The notes below the pieces were generated by a model. The model was not told the origin of the DNA. It made no database searches and was given only the letters and a program-made list of their open reading frames with translations. A DNA stretch of 64,000 nucleotides, taken from the NCBI RefSeq assembly GCF_963921235.1, contig NC_086097.1, forward strand, positions 150,786,001-150,850,000, given 5' to 3'. The DNA is from Mobula hypostoma. Its lineage: Eukaryota. The number at the start of each line of letters is the position of its first letter. Position 1 is the first letter of the stretch. Below, piece by piece: positions 37,692 through 48,021 of the stretch. The translations under genes were made by a program, and so were the position numbers.

Positions 37692-40600
37692 CATAATTAA
37701 TTCCTCAGTTTTGCTGACATTGAGTGCAAGGTTGTTGCAGCAACTCCACTCAACCAACCAATTTATCTCGTCCTTGTACACCTTCCCTTTGCATTTGAGA
37801 TTTTGCCAACAACTGCAGTGTTTTCTGCAAGTTTATAGATTACTTTTGATCTGTGTTTAGCCACAGTGTCATGTGTATTGACAGAGTAGAGCAGCGGGTT
37901 AAGCATGCATCCTTGAAGTGCACCTGGCAATATCTTAAATCTTTTCTTTACCACTTGTGTGATCACTTTCTTCTGAGAATATTTTAGCAGCACAACAACA
38001 ATGTTTAACTTGTTTGTGCTCATCTATTCAATTCTCAAGGCAAGGAAGGAATGTTTACCAAATGCCATCTTACTGCCTTTTCTACCTATCCTATTATGTT
38101 CATAGATATATAGACAAGCAGGATCGCTCCATTCTACTTTTCCAAGTATCCTACCAATATTTGTCTTGTTTACCATTCATCAAGCTTATCACCTAATTTT
38201 TATTTATAACCAGGTTTTAGGTAATGCACTTGAAGAAAGAAATAATCCATTTTCCTGCTATCACAGCCAGTCCATTAATAAATTCCTAGTCTACAACCTT
38301 CTTCCTCACTCTCAGCCATGCAACAATTTCTGTTTCAACTTCTTCCTCGTGAGTCCTTCATCCAGAAGTGGATATCACAAAACTGAAGTGTAACTGAAAA
38401 TAATCCATTTCAAGTAATCACAGGAACAGCCTTTGATCATTATCCTTTGTGCCTGGGTCCAGTTTGGATTGCTTGAGTCATTGTAGCTTTACTATTCAGG
38501 CCACTGTGACACACGAGAACCTCAGCTAGCCTCCTTATTATGAATGCAGAAAGCTCAAGCAAATTGGTTGAAACTTTAATTAGTAACTCCATGTTGACTG
38601 CCGTTGATTATCAGAAGCTATCCAACATCCTATGTCTTGACAATGAAAGGAGATGCTGTAGTCACCTCATGAATAGCATGGGGCATGTTCCCAACATGTG
38701 AGAGGCTGACACGTCAGAACTAATCATTCAGATTCATGACATTTTCATCACCTTTCCAAAGATGTCGCTTCAAAGGATAGTAACCTTTTCCTCAGATATT
38801 ACCTGACTTGTGGAATTATTATCCATTCTGTTTATAATTGAGCTTTTTAGAACCTATTGTATTTGGTTTGGATTTTTAAAAAAATTTCCCCTGCTATTTT
38901 TTGCTTGTCCTTTACTTTATCCATCTATATTTCTTTTGTAATTTTACCCTTGCACTCTTTATGCTTCAGAGCTTCTACAGGCTAATGGTCTCAGAAACCA
39001 ACCTAGACTTTCCTTTATAACCTATTCCTCCCTGATATCATGTACGTCATCACAATTCCACCTTAACTTGAACGCCTGGGAAACGGAAGTGATTTAGTAT
39101 TAGAGAGTGTGAGTTAAAGGAGACCGGCAGACGTGTGGGGCTCATTGCATTTTGCTGGAGCCCTACTCCCAGTTCATGCACATCAGGAAATTGTATTCAC
39201 TCTGTACTCGATACAGCTCATCGAATCCCATGATCGAAGCCCTCAGCCAAACTACGTCCACGACCACTGGTACTATGCCTGCACTGTTTTACAACCAAAG
39301 AAGCTATACTCCGAGAGGCACGAAAAAGAGGTGAGCTAATCTACAATGCAACAGAAATTCGTATAGTGGAGGACCTTGCTCCAGAGACTTTTGCCGAAAG
39401 AAGGAAATACTGGGAACTGATGATGGATTTATATAAAATAAAATGTCGCCCATTGCTCCGTTATCCGGCAAGTTTGATAATTTTTCCACCTGAATCTCAG
39501 CCACAAAAGATTAACTCTCCAGATGAAGGTTGGGAATTTATTAAGGGGTTTAAGTCTATGTTGAATGCAATTCGAGCTGGGAGATGTTTATAGATGCCTT
39601 GAGGAAAGTCTGTTCTACGTTTTATGGATGTCCGTACAGCACCTGGCTGATATAATTTTTTTTATATTTGTTAATAGTTAGTATATATCTATAGTTGCTT
39701 CGAAGATAGTCTGTTCCACATTTTATGGATGTCCACGCAGGACCTGGTTGATTTAATTTTTTTTCTTGCTTGCCTTAACATTAATATAGCTCTGGGTTTG
39801 ATATTTATATATTTACTTATTTTTTATGATTTGTAAGTTTTTTAAAAATTTTAGTTGTAATATATTATTTGCTTGAATTTGTCCTTTTCTGAATACACGA
39901 TTACTGTACTTTAGATGAATTTAAGATGGCTGTCGTCAACTGCGTTTTTACTATTGTTAGACATAACATTACAATATTTGAAATTTGTTCATCTCTTTTA
40001 TTATGTCTACAATTGATGGTGTAAACATATAACTTTGTTAATCCAGCTGCAAAATGGAGATTGGGGTCAGAGTCATAGGTTAGCATGCTATCCTTCTATT
40101 GGATGGCTTTTCGGTCTTTGAGGGAGAGGCGTGGGACAATTAGAGTAGCTTTTTTTCTCAACTGGGCAGTTCTGAGAAGTTATATCTTGTATCAATCATG
40201 TCGTCCCTTTTGGTCAAGTCAGTGCTGTTTTTTCCCTTTGGATCTAGTTTACACTTGCGCAGTAGCTTTCTTTATAAAATTTTAAATTCAATCTTAAACA
40301 TGGATGCTAATAAAATTAATATAATTTCTTGGAATTTGAACAGCATTAATCATCCTATTAAGCGTAAAAAGATTTTAAAGAAATTAAAAACACCATGCGG
40401 ATATTATTTTTGCGCAAGAAACTCATGTATGGAGACAGGATGAAAATGGCTTTTTTAAATTCTGGAAGGGACCTTTATATCATTCTTTATCAATAAATAA
40501 AATTAGAAGGGTATCTATTTTTGTTAACTCTAAAATCCCTTTTGTATATTTTAATACTGTTACTGATTTGATTGGAAGATATTTAATTGTCACTGGTTTG

Positions 40601-41312
40601 CTATGTGGTCAAAATGCGGCTTTGGTGTGTGTTTATGCACCTAATCTAGACAGTCCTGAATCTTTTAAGAAGCTATTTTCTGCGCTTCCGAATCTAGATG
40701 AATATAAGTTGATTATGGGCAGTGACTTTAACTATTGTCTTAGCATGTCGATTGACAGGTCATCAACCAATCTGTTGCTTCCTAATAAAGCGGCGACTTG
40801 TATTAATTCTTTTCTATTAGAATATGGTTTGGTTGATATTTGGAGATATAAACACCCTAATAATGAAGATCTTTCTTTTTTTTCACATGCACATCATAAA
40901 TATTCAAGAATTGATTATTTTTTTCTCGATACACGATTGCTGTATTCCGTTGCCGATTATACGTACGACGTCATTGCATTGTCAGATCACGCACCTGTGA
41001 AATTAACTTTGAGGCTTTCTGATAATATTTTGGAAATGTCACAGTGGAGCCTGAATCCCATATTGTTACAAGATCCAACTTTTGTTAGTTTTATCAAGGA
41101 GCAAATTTCTTTATTTTTTGATTTTAATACAACCGAAGGTATGTCAAATTTGGTTATATGGGATACGATGAAATCCTTTCTTAGGGGACAGATAATTTCA
41201 TATTCAGCAGGTTTAAGAAGGAAAAACAAAATGGAACTTTAAGTGATTACTAATAAAATTAAACATAGATAAAGCATATTCAGTAAGACCTAGTGAAGAT
41301 CTATACAAGGAA

Positions 41313-41337
41313 AGAAACATAGAAACATAGAAAATAG
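41313..41337 (-). repeat. 25-nt CR1 3'-tail micro-insertion in the decayed L1 ORF2
   Basis: AGAAACATAGAAACATAGAAAATAG is identical to 19497-19521. Removing it restores L1 codons YKERVELQ. Confidence 0.75.
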
Positions 41338-43246
41338 AGGGTTGAACTCCAAACACAGCATGATCTGCGTTTGACCTTTCCCATTGAGCAGTAACTTTTT
41401 AAATCCAAAAGTCAATTTTATATATATGATGATAAATCAGGTAAATTGCCGGCTGGTCAGTTGAAGGCAAATATGGTCAGAAGACAGATCTTGAAAATAT
41501 GTAGACCAGATAGAACTGAAACATTAAATCCTCAAGAAATTAATAAGATATTTATGGATTTCTATACTAATCTTTATAAATCTGAATTTTCTGATAATAC
41601 TATCTTTATGAATAGAATTTTGCAAAAAGTAAATATACCTAAAATTTCTGTTCAAGATATTAACACATTTGATGCGCCTATTAAACAAGAGGAAATAGCT
41701 AGGGCTATATCCTCTGTGCAACGAGGGAAAGCTCCAGGACCAGATGGATATACGGTGGAATTTTATAAGACATTTACTGAAACGCTTACATCACATCTCA
41801 GGCAAACTTTCACTGATTCTATATCCTCTGGGAATCTCCCGAAAACTTTTTATGAGGCATCAATCTCATTGATTCCTTAAAAAAAGAAAAAGATCTATCT
41901 GAATGTGCCTCCTATAGACCAATTTCCTTATTGAATGTGGACCTTAAAATTCTCTCTAAGATTCTGGTTAATAGGCTTGAGAATATTTTGCATACTGTTA
42001 TTTTCGAAGATTTTCGAAGATACTAATATTCGAAGATTGTTAAATATTATTTATTCTCCCTCAGTTAAAGAATCTGAATGTATTGTCTCTCTTGATGCAG
42101 AGAAAGCCTTTGATAGGGTGGAATGGCCTTATTTATTTCAGGTTTTGGAGAGATTTAATCTTGGTCCGGGATTTATTTCCTGGGTCAAACTGATCTATTA
42201 AGCTCTGATGGCTGCGGTCATAACTAACAATCAAAATTCTCCTTATTTTAGACTATATAGAGGAACCTGTCAGGGTTGTCCTCTTCGACCTTTATTACTT
42301 AATTTGGCTTTAGAAGCACTTGCTATCGCTCTTAGGGATTCCAACTCTGTTCAGGGTATTAAGAGAGGGGATAAAGTACGTAAGGTTTTGTTGTACGTAG
42401 ATGATTTATTAGTTTACATTTCAGACCCTGGGAAATCTATTCCTTCTATGTTATCCATATTTACTGAATTTAATACTTTCTCTGGATATGCTAAATTTAC
42501 ATAAAAGTGAATTATTTCCTATTAATAATTATTCAGATCAATATGATCAAATACCTTTTAATATTGCTAAAAATTATTTTACCTATCTTGGTATTAAAAT
42601 TACTAAAAATTTTAGACTTATATAAATACAATTTTCTTCCTCTTATTGAATATACACAACAAACGCTTTCCAAATGGTTGCCTATGACGATGTCATTAAT
42701 TGGTCGAATAAATGCTATAAAATGACAATTTTACCGAAATTTTTAGACAGGTTTCAAGCCGTTCCATCCTTTGTTCCGAAAACATTTTTTGAAAGAATGG
42801 ATTCTATGATCTTGTCATATATCTGGAATAATAAAAGCTCTAGAGTGAGTAAACCTTTATTACAAAAATTAAAATAAGATGGTGGCTTGGCTTTACCAAA
42901 CTTTAGATTCTATTACTGGGCAATTAATATTCATTACATTACTTTTTGGATTCACTGTATGGATATACAGGACTGTCCTTCATGGTTGGACTTGGAGGAG
43001 AACTCAGTAAAGGGGTTCTCCTTGGCTTCTTTACTGGGAGCTCCTCTTCCCTTCTTGTTTTCTAAGATTGATAGACAAGATCTTAGTCCCATTGTTAGAC
43101 ATACATTAAAAATTTGTTTTAGTTTTGCAGATCTTTTGACTTAAATAACTTTGTTCTTTCTAGTAATATCCATTTTAACTATTTTTTTAAACCATTAATT
43201 TCAGTCAAGGCCTTTTTAACATGGAAAACTAGGGGAATAATAACTT

Positions 43247-43601
43247 TTTCTCCCTCTGTTCCTCTGAATATACCCCTTGCCCATCCTCTGGGTCCCCCCC
43301 CTTGTCTTTCTTCCCGGACCTCCTGTCCCATGATCCTCTCGTATCCCTTTTGCCTATCACCTGTCCTGCTCTTGGCTCCATCCCTCCCCCTCCTGTCTTC
43401 TCCTATCATTTTGGATCTCCCCCTCCCCCTCCAACTTTCAAATCCCTTACTCACTCTTCCTTCAGTTAGTCCTGACGAAGGGTCTCGGCCTGAAACGTCG
43501 ACTGCACCTCTTCCTAGAGATGCTGCCTGGCCTGCTGCGTTCACCAGCAACTTTTGTGTGTGTTGCTTGAATTTCCAACATCTGCAGAATTCCTGTTGTT
43601 T
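43247..43601 (+). mobile_element. Young PLE 3'-tail insertion (355 bp) with a 13-bp TSD inside the decayed L1
   Basis: TSD GGAATAATAACTT at 43234-43246 and 43602-43614. Similar to the tail at 37330-37690. Confidence 0.88.
43467..43504 (+). ncRNA. Minimal type I hammerhead ribozyme, apparently intact
   Basis: TAGTC-CTGACGA-A-GGGT-CTCG-GCCT-GAAA-CG-TC|GACTG. Stem I is TAGTC/GACTG. The CUGANGA and GAAA core and the GUC cleavage triplet are present. Helix III is replaced by the palindrome ACGT. Confidence 0.78.
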
Positions 43602-44848
43602 GGAATAATAACTTCTATAGATTTGTTTTTAGAGGATCGTTTAATGTCTTTTTTGCAGCTAGTGGACAAATATGATTTATCTAATGCACAATTTTTTAGA
43701 TATTTAAAGGTTAGGAATTTTTTACGTGATTTGTTACCGGATTACCCATTTGCTCATTTACCAAATATGATAGATGTTATCTTTCAGTTTAAACCATTCC
43801 AAAAAGGATTGATAGCCATCATATATAAACGGCTATTGAATTTACAAATGATGTCTAATGATAAGGTTAAACGTGCTTGGGAGTTGGAACTTCAAGAGTC
43901 ACTTTCAGATAATCAATGGAATAAAATTTGTCATTTAGTTAATAATTCATCTATTTGTGCCCGTCACTCCTTGATTCAGTTCAAGGTAGTGCACAGGGTG
44001 TATATGTCAAAAGATAAACTAGCGCATATTTTTTCTAATATAAATCCTACTTGTGATAGATGCAATACTGAGGTGGCCACTTTAACTCATATGTTTTGGT
44101 CCTGCATAAAGTTAAATAACTTTTGTAGAGATGTTTTTAGAATGATATCAAAAGTCATAGGTCTGGGCCTACAACCTACTTCACTTACGACAATCTTTGG
44201 GATTATTCCAACGGAAGCAGGAAACGTTCCTGCTTCCGCTCAACGCATGATAGCTTTCTCAACTTTATTGGCTAGGAGAGCTATTCTATTGGAAGGATCC
44301 CAATCCACCTACTGTTTTTTTTGGCTCTCCTCCATTATGTCTTGTTTAAGTTTGGAGAAAATAAGAAGTCGGATGTTTGATACATCTTTTAAATTTGAGC
44401 AAACTTGGCGACCTTTTATTCAATATTTTCATATGACCTAATTATTTTTACTTTTCCAGTTAATTTTTTTTCTCTGCGAAATTTTAGATTTGACTAGAAG
44501 GATTTTCCTTTTTTTAAAAAACTGTATCCTCAAAATGGACTGCCCAGTCCCCCCCTTTTTTTTTTGTTTTAGGTTAGTTTAGTGGGGTTTTTTTCTCAAT
44601 AACAGGAAATCTTGAGTCTTCTTTTTCTATGAAGTGATAAGAGGAGAAGTGGTTTCTTTCTCTCTTTATATTATCTTAATACTATATATGATTTTGACAG
44701 TGTATATTCCTTTGTTTGTACTATTATTGAAATATGTATTTGAGATAACCTCTCCTCTGGTTTGTATTTATCCTTATTCTTTTGAATCAATTGCATTCAC
44801 CCAATGCAAAGGGCAGGGAGGAGGAGGGGTGGGGTAGGGAGGGAGGGG

Positions 44849-44850
<2 letters not shown>

Positions 44851-44905
<55 letters not shown>

Positions 44906-44910
44906 TGTGT
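44851..44910 (+). repeat. (GT)n microsatellite, preceded by a G-rich tract
   Basis: About 30 GT units with one interruption. Confidence 0.95.
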
Positions 44911-45575
44911 AAAAAATGGGGCCAAAGGCCAAACAAAAAAGGACATTCTGGCTAAATCAGAGCAAAAGATGAAAGGATTGACAATTGCAAGGAGAACATT
45001 AAAGTAAAAAGAAATCCATTCAAATTAAAAAGAAGCAAAAGATTGGCTTATGAGTTGTTGATGTTATTGTTCTTTGTAAGGTGAATTCCCAGTCCTGTCA
45101 GCACTACCAGTGAAGGCCTGGTCAAAGCTGCAACATTGGAGTGTGGATTTGAGAAAGTCACCTTGAAGATGCAATGAACGACTTTTAGCAGCTGGTTACA
45201 GCTCAGCATAAGCAAAGCACACCATAAGATAAATAAGCTCTGTCAAACTTAAATACAAGACAATTCATAACTCTGTGGGTAGGCTAAGAATGCGGGAGGA
45301 ATGCTCCAAAGCAGGATCTCTTGTCTTTAAAATCTTATGTGACACAAATTTGTCAATGACTTGTTTTAAAAAATGTCACACCAAATACCAGCTGGTTTAA
45401 ACTTGAAGCTTTTATTTAACAAGGTGTCCCTGCATGAAACAGGCTGACAATGACATGTTAACCAGAAAATATGGTGCAGACTGACAGCAATAACTGAAGG
45501 TAACAGAATATACTCTTCTTGTAATAGTTGGTGGGGAAAAAAACTCAAAAACATCAGTAAATATTCTGGTTGTAA

Positions 45576-45638
45576 AGTATCTTAAGTTTTGTTTTAGTAT
45601 CTTAAGTTTTGTTTTAGTATCTTAAGTTTTGTTTTAGT
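45576..45638 (+). repeat. Tandem repeat, 3 x 20 bp
   Basis: AGTATCTTAAGTTTTGTTTT occurs three times perfectly. Confidence 0.9.
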
Positions 45639-46679
45639 GACACAGAAAACAGATTCAATCAAATTCATGAAAAGATAGTTCATTTGCCAGCAATTCTATT
45701 TCAGAACATAGAATAACAGGTAAAGTACAGGCCCTTTGGCCCACGATGTTGTGCCAACCATTTAACCTACCTAACAAGAAGAAGCAGATTTCATCAATTG
45801 AAAGATAAAGGATTACAGTATTCGATGCAAGACATTAACCAAGTAATAACAATTAAGTGATATTTTGCCTGTTTTGTAAAAAAATTATGCTTTGAAATCA
45901 GGGACACCAGTGGAATAATAGGGCCAAACTTAACATGCCCTGCTTGGCAAAAATTAAGAATAAAAAGATTTAAAATAGATGCTGTGAACCAGGAGGGCCA
46001 GGAGAAATGGAGTACTTTAAAGAATAGTGCCCTCACAAATGGTTGAAGGCACAAGGTAATCAGGTAAGGGTTCAAGGCCTGGTCGGATGACAGTTAGGCT
46101 TGGAATTGACGGATGTGTGAGAGAGACAGCCAGCAATTAAGTAATACAAAGGAGAAATGGAAAATGGGGGGGGGGAGGAGGGAGAGCAGTGAACATAGGC
46201 GGTGGTGGGGAGTAAGTGGTAACCAAGGTCTCCACTCTTTGTGGAGCTAGGGGACTAAGTTTGGGAGATTGGAGAGCTGGGACTCTGGGACTTACTGGTT
46301 TGGGGCCTATGGAACTCAGGATCTGGGGGAACTGCAAGGCGGGTTGCTTGTGTCCTGTGGGTTTAAGCCATGGAGAGAGCAAAGTAGTGGGAATTAGTGA
46401 GTTAAATAAATAAGTAGTCATAAAAAAGGAGCAATGAAATAGCGTAGATGTGCTCATCGACCATTCAGAAATCCGATGGTGGAGGGGAAGGAGCTGTTCC
46501 TAAATAACTGAAAATATTCAGACTCCTGTACCTCCTCCCGATGAGAAATGGGCATGTCAGATGGTGAGGATTCTTGGTGGTAGATCTTGAAGATGTCCTC
46601 AGTGGTGGGGATTGTGCCGATGGTGGAGCTGGCTGGATCTAAAGATGTCTGATATTCTTGCCACTTTTCTGAGGGGTTC

Positions 46680-47345
46680 TACCATGCAGACACCGTGACC
46701 AAGAAAGCACACCATCACCTCTACTTCCTCAGCAGGCTGAAGAAATTCAGCATGCCTCCATGGCCCTCACCAATTTTTACAGAAATTCCAGAGAAAGCAT
46801 CCTATCTGGACAGATCACAGCTCAGTGTGGCAACTGCTCTGCCCAAGACCAGATGGAACTGCAGAGAATTGTGAACACAGCTCAGCACATCACAAAATAC
46901 AGCCTCCCCTCCACGGATTCCATCTACACTTCTTGGTGTCTTGATAAACCAGCCAAAATAATGAAAGATCTCTCCAACCACCCCCGCCACCCCCGGACAT
47001 TCTCACTTCTCCCCCTTCTAATCAAGAATAGATACAAAAGCCTGAAAGCACAAATCACCAGGCTCAACGACAGCTTTTATCCTGATGTTAATAAGACTAT
47101 TGAATAGCCCCCTTATATGCTAAAATTGTCTCTTAACCTCACAATCTACCTCATCGTGGCCTTGAACCTTATTATCTACTGCCCTGCACTTTTTCTGTAA
47201 CTGTAATACTTTATTCTGTGTTCCCTTATTGTCTTTCCCTTGTACTGATGTGATGAAATGATCTGTGTGGTTGGCATACAGAACCAAGTTTGTTTTCTGT
47301 ACCTCAGTGTATTTGACAATAATAAGCGAATTTACCAATTTACCA
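46680..47345 (+). repeat. Rex1/Babar 3' fragment
   Basis: LYFLSRLKKF...LTNFYRNSRESILSG...LQRIVNTAQHIT...RLNDSFYP remnants and a 3' tail. Confidence 0.75.
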
Positions 47346-47564
47346 ATTTTTGTTCAGTAGTTGTTCAGTTTTCAGGTTCATTTTATACTTTTTGGCTTCT
47401 AGTGGACTTTATACGGTTCAAAAATGAGGAGTTTTAAATGTAAAATTAATGAGAGCTAATCATAGGCAGCTTCAGTGATCTCTGGCAAATTTTGTTCACC
47501 CTTGGGATTTGTGTAAACAGTCCTCAGGACAGATGCCAAGAAACATCAAAGCAGTATGTTGGCA

Positions 47565-48021
47565 GGGAAATAGTGTTGAAGAGGATAATCAGGGTGTTCC
47601 CAAATCAGAAAGCATGGATTAATGAGAAGATCACTCCTTATTGAAGTGGTGTTCAAATGAGGTGATCCTGACCTGTACAAAAAAAATCAAGATATGACCT
47701 CCATAAAACCCTCAGAGATATCCAGAGAGAACACCAGTTTAAAATCAAGACTCAGACCAGCCAACAGTTGTGGCAGGGCTTATAGGCTACAGAACAAAAT
47801 TTGAGTAGCATCTCCGAGAACAGTGCAACTCTTTCCGAAGGTTTTAACACATTCTGTGCACGTTTCAAACAGAAGGGGATTGGAATGTTACCACGCACCC
47901 CGACAGCCTCCATTGCACCTTAGCAGATGTAAGATTATTTTTCTGGAGAGTGAAGTTGTTGAAAGTATCTGGCGCAGATAGTGTCGCAGGGCGTGCTGTT
48001 AGGTCCTGTGCGGGTCAGGTA
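47565..48021 (+). mobile_element. Rex1/Babar LINE internal fragment (EN-RT linker) running into the satellite
   Basis: Translates as IRVFPNQKAWIN, GDPDLYKK/SRYDL, QLWQGL, FNTFCARF and ADVRLFFWRVKLLKVSGADSVAGRAVRSCAGQV. Confidence 0.8.

Larger units (their letters stand above)
36280..37930 (-). repeat. Decayed Rex1/Babar fragment interrupted by a PLE
   Basis: NNLALNVSKTEELI and QGCMLNPLLYS...YKLAENTAVVG remnants on the right side. The 3' part lies at 36280-36670. Confidence 0.6.
39200..44790 (+). mobile_element. Decayed L1 element (ORF1 C-terminal remnant and fragmented ORF2)
   Basis: ORF1 remnant LDTAHR...IVEDLAPE...RYPASL at ~39200-39590. ORF2 pieces run from 40300: [50 protein letters not shown]...HMFWSC, ending at 44441. 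There are many stops and frameshifts. Confidence 0.9.
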
